64,000 nucleotides of DNA from Malacoraja senta (Eukaryota). Numbering within the stretch: position 1 is the stretch's first letter; each line of letters starts with the position of its first letter. This document shows positions 1 to 12,264 of the stretch, one piece after another. The stretch is from assembly GCA_038087875.1 (NCBI GenBank), contig JAXLNO010000094.1, positions 1 through 64,000 of the forward strand, read 5' to 3'. The translations under genes were made by a program, and so were the position numbers. The notes under the pieces are model-generated. The model saw nothing but the letters and a program-made list of their open reading frames with translations. It searched no databases and was not told the DNA's origin.

Positions 1-2249
1 GTTTTGGGTTGAAGTATAAATGCACTACAAATGGTTGTTTGGGGGGGGTTTGTGTTGAAGTAAAATGCACTGCAAATGGGTAGTTTGGGGTTTTTGGGTT
101 GAAGTGAAAAGGCACTGCAAATGGTTGTTTGGGGGGATTTGGTTTGAAGTAAAAATGCACTACAAATGGTTGTTTGGGTTGAAGTAAAAATGCACTGCAA
201 ATGATTCTTTGCGGGGGGGTTGGGTTGAAGTAAAAATGCACTGCAAATGGTTCTTTGGGCGGTTATTGGGTTGAATTAAAATGCAATGCAAATGGTTTTT
301 AGGGGTTTATTGTGTTGAAGTAAAAATGCTCTGCAAAGGGTAATTTGGGGGGTTTTGGGTTGAAGTGAAAAGGCACTTGAAAGTGTTATTTGGGGACGGT
401 TTGGATTGACGTGAAAAGGCACTGCAAAAGGGTTGTTTGGGTGCGGTTTGGGTTGAAGTAAAAATGCACTGCAAACGGTTGTTTCGGTTGAAGTAAAAAT
501 GCACTGCAAAACGTTGATTGGGTTGAAGTAAAAATGCACTGCAAATGGGTGTTTGGGGGGTTTTGGGTTGAGGTAAAAATGCACTGCAAATGGTTGTTTG
601 TGGGGGTTTTGAGTTGAAGTAAAAATGCACTGCAAATGGTTGTTTGTTTGTTTTTTGGGTTGAAGTAAAATGCACTCCAAATGGTTGTTTGGGGGGTTTT
701 GGGTTGAAGTAAAAATTCACTGCAAATGGTTGTTTGGGGGGGGGGTTGGTTTGAAGTAAAAATGCACTGCAAATGGTTGTTTGGGGGGTTATTGAGTTGA
801 ATTAAAATGCACTGCAAATGGTTGTTAGGGGGGGTTTGGGTTGAAGTAAAAATGCACTGCAAAGGGTAGTTATGGGGGGGTTGGGTTGAAGTGAAAATGC
901 ACTGCAAATGGTACTTGGGGGGGGTTGGGTTGGAGTAAAAATGCGCTGCAAAGGGTAATTTGGGGGGTTTAGGGTTGAAGTGAAAAGGCACTTGAAAGTG
1001 TTATTTGGGGACGGTTTGGGTTGACGTGAAAAGGCACTGCAAAGGGTTGTTTGGGTGGGGTTTGGGTTGAAGTAAAAATGCACTGCAAACGGTTGTTTCG
1101 GTTGAAGTAAAAATGCACTGCAAAACGTTGATTGGGTTGAAGTAAAAATGCACTGCAAATGGGTGTTTGGGGTTTTTTGGGTTGAGGTAAAAATGCACTG
1201 CAAATGGTTGTTTGTGGGGGTTTTGAGTTGAAGTAAAAATGCACTGCAAATGGTTGTTTGTTTGTTTTTTGGGTTGAAGTAAAAATGCACTCCAAATGGT
1301 TGTTTGGGGGGTTTTGGGTTGAAGTGAAAATTCACTGCAAATGGTTGTTTGGGGGGGTTTGAGTTGAAGTAAAAATACACTGCAAATGGTTGTTTGGGGG
1401 GTTTTGGGTTGAAGTAAAAATGCACTGCAAATGGATGTTAGGGGGGGTTTGGGTTAAAGTAAAAATGCACTGTAAAGGGTAGTTATGGGGCGGGGGTTGG
1501 GTTGAAGTGAAAATGCACTGCAAATGGTACTTGGGGGGGTTGGGTTGGAGTAAAAATGCGCTGCAAAGGATTGATTGGGGGGGTGGGGTTGACGTGAAAA
1601 GGCACTGCAAAGGGTAGTTATGGGGGGGTGGTTTGGGTTGAAGTGAAAATGCACTGCAAATGGTACTTGGCGGGGGGGGGGGGTTGGGTTGAAGTAAAAA
1701 TGCACTGCAAATGGTTGTTTGGGTTGAAGTAAAAATTCACTGCAAATGGTTGTTTGGTTTGTAGTAAAAATGCACTGCAAATGGTTGTTTGGGTTGCAGT
1801 AAAAATGCACTGCAAATGGTTGTTTGGGTTGAAGTAGAAATGCACTGCAAATGGTTGTTTCGGTTGAAGTAGATATGCACTGCAAATGGTTGTTTGGGTT
1901 GAAGTAAAAATGCACTGCAAATGGTTGTTTGGGTTGAAATAAAAATGCACTGCAAGGTTGTTTGGGTTAAAGTAAAAATGCACTGCAAATGGTTGTTTGG
2001 GTGGCAGTAAAAATGCACTGCAAATGGTTGTTTGGGTTGCAGTAAAAATGCACTGTAAATGGTTGTTTGGGTTGAAGTAAAACTGCACTGCAAATGGTTG
2101 TTTCGGTTGAAGTAAAAATGCACTGCAAATGGGCGTTTGGAGGGTTTTGGGTTGAGGTAAAAATGCACTGCAAATAGTTGTTTGTGGGGGCTTTGAGTTG
2201 AAGTAAAAATGCACTGCAAGTGGTTGTTTGTTTGTTTTTTTGGGTTGAA

Positions 2250-5200
2250 GTAAAAATGCACTGCAAATGGTTGTTTGGGGGGTTTTGGGTTGAAGTAAAA
2301 GTCACTGCAAATGGTTGTTTGGGGGGGTTTGATTTGAAGTAAAAATGCACTGCAAATGGTTGTTTGGGGGGTTATTGGGTTGAATTAAAATGCACTACAA
2401 ATGGTTGTTTGGGTTGAAGTAAAAATGCACTGCAAATGGTTGTTTGGGTTGAAGTAAAAATGCACTGCAAATGGTTGCTTGGGTTGAAGTAAAAATGCAC
2501 TGCAAATGGTTGTTTCGGTTGAAGTAAAAATGCACTGCAAATGGTTGTTTGGGGGTGTTTCGGTTGAAGTAAAATGCACTGGAAATGGTTGTTTGGGGGA
2601 GTTGATTTGAAGTAAAAATGCACTACAAATGGTTGTTTGGGGGGTTATTGGGTTGAATTAAAAAGCACTGCATATGGGTGTTAAGGGCGGTTTGGGATGA
2701 AGTAAAAATGCACTGCAAATGGTTGTTTGGGTTGAAGTAAAAATGCACTGCAAATGGTTATTTGGGGGTGTTTTTGGTTGAAGTAAAAATGCACTTAAAA
2801 TGGTTGTTTATGGGGGGGTTTGTGTTGAAATAAATGTGCACTGCAAATGGTTATTTGTGGGGGTTTTGGGTTGAAGTCAAAATGCAATGCAAGTGGTTGT
2901 TTGGGGCGGATTTGGGTTGAAGTATAAATGCACTACAAATGGTTGTTTGGGGGGGTTTGTGTTGAAGTAAAATGCACTTCAAATGGTTGTTTGGGGGGGT
3001 TATTGGGTTGAAGTAAAAATGCACTGCAAAGGGTAGTTTGAGTTTTTTGTGTTGAAGTGAAAAGGCACTGCAAATGGTTGATTGGGGGGGGTTTGGTTTG
3101 AAGTAAAAATGCACTACAAATAGTTGTTTGGGTTGAAGTAAAAATGCACTGCAAATGATTCTTTGCGGGGGGTTGGGTTGAAGTAAAAATGCACTGCAAA
3201 TGGTTCTTTGGGCGGTTATTGTGTTGAAGTAAAAATGCTCTGCAAAGGGTAATTTGGGGGGTTTAGGGTTCAAGTGAAAAGGCACTTGAAAGTGTTATTT
3301 GGGGACGGTTTGGGTTGACGTGAAAAGGCACTGCAAAGGGTTGTTTGGGTGGGGTTTGGGTTGAAGTAAAAATGCACTGCAAACGGTTGTTTCGGTTGAA
3401 GTAGAAATGCACTGCAAAACGTTGATTGGGTTGAAGTAAAAATGCACTGCAAATGGGTGTTTGGGGTTTTTAGGGTTGAGGTAAAAATGCACTGCAAATG
3501 GTTGTTTGTGTGGGTTTTGAGTTGAAGTAAAAAATGCACTGCAAATGGTTGTATGTTTGTTTTTTTGGTTGAAGTAAAAATGCACTCCAAATGGTTGTTT
3601 GGGGGGTTTTGGGTTGAAGTAAAAATTCACTGCAAATGGTTGTTTGGGGGGGGGGTTTGATTCGAAGTAAAAATGCACTGCAAATGGTTGTTTGGGGGGT
3701 TATTGGGTTGAATTAAAATGCACTGCAAAGGGTAGTTATGGGGGGGTTTGGGATGAAGTGAAAATGCACTGCAAATGGTACTTGGGGGGGTTGGGTTGGA
3801 GTAAAAATGCACTGCAAAGGGTTGATTGGGGGGGTTGGGGTTGACGTGAAAAGGCACTGCAAAGGGTAATTATGGGGGGGTTTGGGTTGAAGTGAAAATG
3901 CACTGCAAATGGTACTTGGCGGGGGGGATTGGGTTGAAGTAAAAATGCACTGCAAATGGTTGTTTGGGTTGAAGTAAAAATGCACTGAAAATGGTTGTTT
4001 GGGTTGAAGTTAAAATGCACTGCAAATGGTTGTTTGGGTTGAAGTAAAAATGCACTGCAAATGGTTGTTTCAGTTGAAGTAAAAATGCACTGCAAATGGT
4101 TGTTTGGGATGAAGTAAAAATGCACTGCAAATGGTTGTTTGGGTTGAAGTAAAAATGCACTGCAAATGGTTGTTTGGGTTGAAGTTAAAATGCACTGCAA
4201 ATGGTTGTTTGGGTTGAAGTAAAAATGCACTGCAAATGGTTGTTTCAGTTGAAGTAAAAATGCACTGCAAATGGTTGTTTGGGATGAAGTAAAAATGCAC
4301 TGCAAATGGTTGTTTGGGTTGAAATAAAAACGCACTGCAAGGTTGTTTGGGTTGAAGTAAAAATGCACTGCAAATGGTTGTTTGGTTTGTAGTAAAAATG
4401 CACTGCAAATGGTTGTTTGGGTTGCAGTAAAAATGCACTGCAAATGGTTGTTTGGGTTGAAGTAAAAATGCACTGCAAATGGTTGTTTCGGTTGAAGTAG
4501 AAATGCACTGCAAATGGTTGTTTGGGTTGAAGTAAAAATGCACTGCAAATGGTTGTTTGGGTTGAAGTAAAAATGCACTGCAAATGGTTGTTTCAGTTGA
4601 AGTAAAAATGCACTGCAAATGGTTGTTTGGGTTGAAGTAATATTGCACTGCAAATAGTTGTTTGGGTTGAAACAAAAATGCACTGCAAGTTTGTTTGGGT
4701 TGAAGTAAAAATGCACTGCCAATGGTTGTTTGGGTGGCAGTAAAAATGCACTGCAAATGGTTGTTTGGGTTGAAGTAAAAATGCACTGCAAATGGTTGTT
4801 TCGGTTGAAGTAAAAATGCACTGCAAATGGTTGTTTGGGTTGAAGTAAAAATGCACTGCAAATGGTTGTTTGGGTTGCAGTAAAAATGCACTGTAAATGG
4901 TTGTTTGGGTTGAAGTAAAACTGCACTGCAAATGGTTGTTTCGGTTGAAGTAAAAATGCACTGCAAATGGGTGTTTGGAGGGTTTTGGGTTGAGGTCAAA
5001 ATGCACTGCAAATGGTTGTTTGTGGGGGTTTTGAGTAGAAGTAAAAATGCACTCCAAATGGTTGTTTGTTTGTTTTTGGGTTGAAGTAAAAATGCACTGC
5101 AAATGGTTGTTTGGGGGGGGTTTGGGTTGAAGTAAAAAATCACTGCAAATGGTTGTTTGGGGGGTTTGATTTGAAGTAAAAATGCACTGCAAATGGTTGT

Positions 5201-8200
5201 TTGGGGGGTTATTGGGTTGAATTAAAATGCACTGCAAATGGTTGTTAGGGGGGTTTGGGTTGAAGTAAAAATGCACTGCAAAGGGTTGTTTGGGGGGTTT
5301 TGGGTTGAATTAAAATGCACTGCAAATGGTTGTTTGGGTTGAAGTAAAAATGCACTGCAAATGGTTGTTTGGGTTGAAGTAAAAATGCACTGCAAATGGT
5401 TGCTTGGGTTGAAGTAAAAATGCACTGCAAATGGTTGTTTCGGTTGAAGTAAAAATGCACTGCAAATGGTTGTTTGGGGGTGTTTCGGTTGAAGTAAAAT
5501 GCACTGGAAGTGGTTGTTTGGGGGAGTTGATTTGAAGTAAAAATGCACTTCAAATGGTTGTTTGGGGGGTTATTGGGTTGAATTAAAAAGCACTGCATAT
5601 GGGTGTTAGGGGCGGTTTGGGTTGAAGTAAACATGCACTGCAAATGGTTGTTTGGGTTGAAGTAAAAATGCACTGCAAATGGTTGTTTGGGTTGAAGTAA
5701 AAATCCACTGCAAATGGTTGTTTGGGGTGGGGGTTTGGGTTAAAGTAAAAATGCACTGCAAATGGTTGTTTGGGGGGGGGGGGTTGGGTTGAAGTAAAAA
5801 TGCACTGCAAACGGTTATTTGGGTTGACGTAAAAATGCACTGCAAATGGTTGTTTGGGTTGAAGTAAAAATGCACTACAAATGGTTGTTTGGGTTGAAGT
5901 AAAAATGCACTGCAAATTGTTCTTTGGGGGGGGTTTGTGTTGAAGTAAAAATGCACTGCAAATGGTTCTTTGGGGGATTATTGGATTGAATTAAAATACA
6001 TTGCAAATGGTTGTTAGGGGGTTATTGGGTTGAAGTAAAAATGCTCTGCAAAGGGTAGTTTGGGGGTTTTTGGGTTGAAGTGAAAAAGCACTGCAAAGGG
6101 CTGTTTGGGGGTCTTTGGGTTGAGGTGAAAAGGCACTGCAAAGGGTTGTTTGGGGGGTTTGGGTTGAAGTAAAAATGCACTGCAAATGCTTGTTTGGGTT
6201 GAAGTAAAAATGCACTGCAAATGGTTGTTTGGGTTGAAGTAAAGATGCACTGCAAATGGTTGTTTGGGTTGAAGTCAAAAGACATTGCAAAGGGTTGTTT
6301 GCGGGAGGTTTGGGTTGAAGTAAAAATGCACTGCAAATGGTTGTTTGGGGGGGTTTTGGGTTGAGGTAAAAATGCACTGCAATTGGTTGTTTGGGGGGGT
6401 TTGTGTTGAAGTAAAAATGCACTGCAAATGGTTCTTTGGGGGATTATTGGATTGAATTAAAATACATTGCAAATGGTTGTTAGGGGGTTATTGGGTTGAA
6501 GTAAAAATGCTCTGCAAAGGGTAGTTTGGGGGTTTTTGGGTTGAAGTGAAAAGGCACTGCAAAGGGCTGTTTGGGGGTCTTTGGGTTGAGGTGAAAAGGC
6601 ACTGCAAAGGGTTGTTTGGGGGGTTTGGGTTGAAGTAAAAATGCACTGCAAATGCTTGTTTGGGTTGAAGTAAAAATGCACTGCAAATGGTTGTTTGGGT
6701 TGAAGTAAAGATGCACTGCAAATGGTTGTTTGGATTGAAGTCAAAAGACATTGCAAAGGGTTGTTTGCGGGATGTTTGGGTTGAAGTAAAAATGCACTGC
6801 AAATGGTTGTTTGGGGGGGTTTTGGGTTGAGGTAAAAATGCACTGCAAATGGTTGTTTGGGGGGGTGTTGTGTTGAAGTAAAAATGCACTGCAAATGGTT
6901 GTTTGGGGGGGTTTGGGTTGCAGTAAAAATGCACTGCGAATGGTCGTTTGGGGGAGTTTGATGTAAAAATGCACTGCAAATGGTTGTTTGGGGGGTTTTG
7001 GGTTGAAGTAAAAGTCACTGCAAATGGTTGTTTGGGGGGGTTTGATTTGAAGTAAAAATGCACTGCAAATGGTTGTTTGGGGGGTTATTGGGTTGAATTA
7101 AAATGCACTACAAATGGTTGTTTGGGTTGAAGTAAAAATGCACTGCAAATGGTTGTTTGGGTTGAAGTAAAAATGCACTGCAAATGGTTGCTTGGGTTGA
7201 AGTAAAAATGCACTGCAAATGGTTGTTTCGGTTGAAGTAAAAATGCACTGCAAATGGTTGTTTGGGGGTGTTTCGGTTGAAGTAAAATGCACTGGAAATG
7301 GTTGTTTGGGGGAGTTGATTTGAAGTAAAAATGCACTACAAATGGTTGTTTGGGGGGTTATTGGGTTGAATTAAAAAGCACTGCATATGGGTGTTAAGGG
7401 CGGTTTGGGATGAAGTAAAAATGCACTGCAAATGGTTGTTTGGGTTGAAGTAAAAATGCACTGCAAATGGTTATTTGGGGTGTTTTTGGTTGAAGTAAAA
7501 ATGCACTTAAAATGGTTGTTTATGGGGGGGTTTGTGTTGAAATAAATGTGCACTGCAAATGGTTATTTGTGGGGGTTTTGGGTTGAAGTCAAAATGCAAT
7601 GCAAGTGGTTGTTTGGGGCGGATTTGGGTTGAAGTATAAATGCACTACAAATGGTTGTTTGGGGGGGGTTTGTGTTGAAGTAAAATGCACTTCAAATGGT
7701 TGTTTGGGGGGGTTATTGGGTTGAAGTAAAAATGCACTGCAAAGGGTAGTTTGAGTTTTTTGTGTTGAAGTGAAAAGGCACTGCAAATGGTTGATTGGGG
7801 GGGGTTTGGTTTGAAGTAAAAATGCACTACAAATAGTTGTTTGGGTTGAAGTAAAAATGCACTGCAAATGATTCTTTGCGGGGGGTTGGGTTGAAGTAAA
7901 AATGCACTGCAAATGGTTCTTTGGGCGGTTATTGTGTTGAAGTAAAAATGCTCTGCAAAGGGTAATTTGGGGGGTTTAGGGTTCAAGTGAAAAGGCACTT
8001 GAAAGTGTTATTTGGGGACGGTTTGGGTTGACGTGAAAAGGCACTGCAAAGGGTTGTTTGGGTGGGGTTTGGGTTGAAGTAAAAATGCACTGCAAACGGT
8101 TGTTTCGGTTGAAGTAGAAATGCACTGCAAAACGTTGATTGGGTTGAAGTAAAAATGCACTGCAAATGGGTGTTTGGGGTTTTTAGGGTTGAGGTAAAAA

Positions 8201-11200
8201 TGCACTGCAAATGGTTGTTTGTGTGGGTTTTGAGTTGAAGTAAAAAATGCACTGCAAATGGTTGTATGTTTGTTTTTTTGGTTGAAGTAAAAATGCACTC
8301 CAAATGGTTGTTTGGGGGGTTTTGGGTTGAAGTAAAAATTCACTGCAAATGGTTGTTTGGGGGGGGGGTTTGATTCGAAGTAAAAATGCACTGCAAATGG
8401 TTGTTTGGGGGGTTATTGGGTTGAATTAAAATGCACTGCAAAGGGTAGTTATGGGGGGGTTTGGGATGAAGTGAAAATGCACTGCAAATGGTACTTGGGG
8501 GGGTTGGGTTGGAGTAAAAATGCACTGCAAAGGGTTGATTGGGGGGGTTGGGGTTGACGTGAAAAGGCACTGCAAAGGGTAATTATGGGGGGGTTTGGGT
8601 TGAAGTGAAAATGCACTGCAAATGGTACTTGGCGGGGGGGATTGGGTTGAAGTAAAAATGCACTGCAAATGGTTGTTTGGGTTGAAGTAAAAATGCACTG
8701 AAAATGGTTGTTTGGGTTGAAGTTAAAATGCACTGCAAATGGTTGTTTGGGTTGAAGTAAAAATGCACTGCAAATGGTTGTTTCAGTTGAAGTAAAAATG
8801 CACTGCAAATGGTTGTTTGGGATGAAGTAAAAATGCACTGCAAATGGTTGTTTGGGTTGAAGTAAAAATGCACTGCAAATGGTTGTTTGGGTTGAAGTTA
8901 AAATGCACTGCAAATGGTTGTTTGGGTTGAAGTAAAAATGCACTGCAAATGGTTGTTTCAGTTGAAGTAAAAATGCACTGCAAATGGTTGTTTGGGATGA
9001 AGTAAAAATGCACTGCAAATGGTTGTTTGGGTTGAAATAAAAACGCACTGCAAGGTTGTTTGGGTTGAAGTAAAAATGCACTGCAAATGGTTGTTTGGTT
9101 TGTAGTAAAAATGCACTGCAAATGGTTGTTTGGGTTGCAGTAAAAATGCACTGCAAATGGTTGTTTGGGTTGAAGTAAAAATGCACTGCAAATGGTTGTT
9201 TCGGTTGAAGTAGAAATGCACTGCAAATGGTTGTTTGGGTTGAAGTAAAAATGCACTGCAAATGGTTGTTTGGGTTGAAGTAAAAATGCACTGCAAATGG
9301 TTGTTTCAGTTGAAGTAAAAATGCACTGCAAATGGTTGTTTGGGTTGAAGTAATATTGCACTGCAAATAGTTGTTTGGGTTGAAACAAAAATGCACTGCA
9401 AGTTTGTTTGGGTTGAAGTAAAAATGCACTGCCAATGGTTGTTTGGGTGGCAGTAAAAATGCACTGCAAATGGTTGTTTGGGTTGAAGTAAAAATGCACT
9501 GCAAATGGTTGTTTCGGTTGAAGTAAAAATGCACTGCAAATGGTTGTTTGGGTTGAAGTAAAAATGCACTGCAAATGGTTGTTTGGGTTGCAGTAAAAAT
9601 GCACTGTAAATGGTTGTTTGGGTTGAAGTAAAACTGCACTGCAAATGGTTGTTTCGGTTGAAGTAAAAATGCACTGCAAATGGGTGTTTGGAGGGTTTTG
9701 GGTTGAGGTCAAAATGCACTGCAAATGGTTGTTTGTGGGGGTTTTGAGTAGAAGTAAAAATGCACTCCAAATGGTTGTTTGTTTGTTTTTTGGGTTGAAG
9801 TAAAAATGCACTGCAAATGGTTGTTTGGGGGGGGTTTGGGTTGAAGTAAAAAATCACTGCAAATGGTTGTTTGGGGGGTTTGATTTGAAGTAAAAATGCA
9901 CTGCAAATGGTTGTTTGGGGGGTTATTGGGTTGAATTAAAATGCACTGCAAATGGTTGTTAGGGGGGTTTGGGTTGAAGTAAAAATGCACTGCAAAGGGT
10001 TGTTTGGGGGGTTTTGGGTTGAATTAAAATGCACTGCAAATGGTTGTTTGGGTTGAAGTAAAAATGCACTGCAAATGGTTGTTTGGGTTGAAGTAAAAAT
10101 GCACTGCAAATGGTTGCTTGGGTTGAAGTAAAAATGCACTGCAAATGGTTGTTTCGGTTGAAGTAAAAATGCACTGCAAATGGTTGTTTGGGGGTGTTTC
10201 GGTTGAAGTAAAATGCACTGGAAGTGGTTGTTTGGGGGAGTTGATTTGAAGTAAAAATGCACTTCAAATGGTTGTTTGGGGGGTTATTGGGTTGAATTAA
10301 AAAGCACTGCATATGGGTGTTAGGGGCGGTTTGGGTTGAAGTAAACATGCACTGCAAATGGTTGTTTGGGTTGAAGTAAAAATGCACTGCAAATGGTTGT
10401 TTGGGTTGAAGTAAAAATCCACTGCAAATGGTTGTTTGGGGTGGGGGTTTGGGTTAAAGTAAAAATGCACTGCAAATGGTTGTTTGGGGGGGGGGGGTTG
10501 GGTTGAAGTAAAAATGCACTGCAAACGGTTATTTGGGTTGACGTAAAAATGCACTGCAAATGGTTGTTTGGGTTGAAGTAAAAATGCACTACAAATGGTT
10601 GTTTGGGTTGAAGTAAAAATGCACTGCAAATTGTTCTTTGGGGGGGGTTTGTGTTGAAGTAAAAATGCACTGCAAATGGTTCTTTGGGGGATTATTGGAT
10701 TGAATTAAAATACATTGCAAATGGTTGTTAGGGGGTTATTGGGTTGAAGTAAAAATGCTCTGCAAAGGGTAGTTTGGGGGTTTTTGGGTTGAAGTGAAAA
10801 AGCACTGCAAAGGGCTGTTTGGGGGTCTTTGGGTTGAGGTGAAAAGGCACTGCAAAGGGTTGTTTGGGGGGTTTGGGTTGAAGTAAAAATGCACTGCAAA
10901 TGCTTGTTTGGGTTGAAGTAAAAATGCACTGCAAATGGTTGTTTGGGTTGAAGTAAAGATGCACTGCAAATGGTTGTTTGGGTTGAAGTCAAAAGACATT
11001 GCAAAGGGTTGTTTGCGGGAGGTTTGGGTTGAAGTAAAAATGCACTGCAAATGGTTGTTTGGGGGGGTTTTGGGTTGAGGTAAAAATGCACTGCAATTGG
11101 TTGTTTGGGGGGGTTTGTGTTGAAGTAAAAATGCACTGCAAATGGTTCTTTGGGGGATTATTGGATTGAATTAAAATACATTGCAAATGGTTGTTAGGGG

Positions 11201-11676
11201 GTTATTGGGTTGAAGTAAAAATGCTCTGCAAAGGGTAGTTTGGGGGTTTTTGGGTTGAAGTGAAAAGGCACTGCAAAGGGCTGTTTGGGGGTCTTTGGGT
11301 TGAGGTGAAAAGGCACTGCAAAGGGTTGTTTGGGGGGTTTGGGTTGAAGTAAAAATGCACTGCAAATGCTTGTTTGGGTTGAAGTAAAAATGCACTGCAA
11401 ATGGTTGTTTGGGTTGAAGTAAAGATGCACTGCAAATGGTTGTTTGGATTGAAGTCAAAAGACATTGCAAAGGGTTGTTTGCGGGATGTTTGGGTTGAAG
11501 TAAAAATGCACTGCAAATGGTTGTTTGGGGGGGTTTTGGGTTGAGGTAAAAATGCACTGCAAATGGTTGTTTGGGGGGGTGTTGTGTTGAAGTAAAAATG
11601 CACTGCAAATGGTTGTTTGGGGGGGTTTGGGTTGCAGTAAAAATGCACTGCGAATGGTCGTTTGGGGGAGTTTGAT
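2250..11676. repeat. Near-identical tandem duplication with a 4713-4714 bp unit (~2250-6962 and ~6963-11676)
   Basis: Identical ORF translations at a constant offset (2372/7085, 3736/8449, 5991/10705). Rare variants are shared: AAAGTCACTG ~2298/~7011, GTTCAAGTG ~3268/~7981, TTTGATGTAAAA ~6957/~11671. Confidence 0.93.
5927..6860. repeat. 466-bp tandem duplication within the satellite (also present at ~10640-11575)
   Basis: TTCTTTGGGGGATTATTGGATTGAATTAAAATACATTGC at 5966 and 6432; ORF pairs 6014/6480 and 10728/11194. Confidence 0.88.
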
Positions 11677-12264
11677 GTAAAAATGCACTGCAAATGGTTG
11701 TTTGGGGGTGTTTCGGTTGAAGTAAAATGCACTGCAAATGGTTGTTGGGGGGAGTTGATTTGAAGTAAAAATGCACTGCAAATGGTTGTTTGGGTGGTTA
11801 TTGGGTTGAATTAAAATGCACTGAAAATGGGTGTTAGGGGCGGTTTGGATTGAAGTAAAAATGCACTGCAAATAGTTGTTTGGGTTGAAGTAAAAATGCA
11901 CTGCAAATGGTTATTTGGGGGTGTTTTGGTTGAAGTAAAAATGCACTTAAAATGGTTGTTTATGGGGGGGGTTTGTATTGAAATAAAAATGCACTGCAAA
12001 TGGTTGTTTGTGGGGGTTTTGGGTTGAAGTCAAAATGCAATGCAAGTGGTTGTTTGGGGCGGTTTTGGGTTGAAGTATAAATGCACTACAAATGGTTGTT
12101 TGGGGGGGGGGTTTGTGTTGAAGTAAAATGCACTTCAAGTGGTTGTTTGGGGCGGTTTTGGGTTGAAGTATAAATGCACTACAAATGGTTGTTTGGGGGG
12201 GGTTTTCTGTTGAAGTAAAATGCACTTCAAATGGTTGTTTGGGGGGGGGTTATTGTGTTGAAGT

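Noticed and set aside
671..677. Metal-response element TGCRCNC
   Set aside because: The consensus monomer reads TGCACTG, which does not match. Only a rare TGCACTC variant fits.
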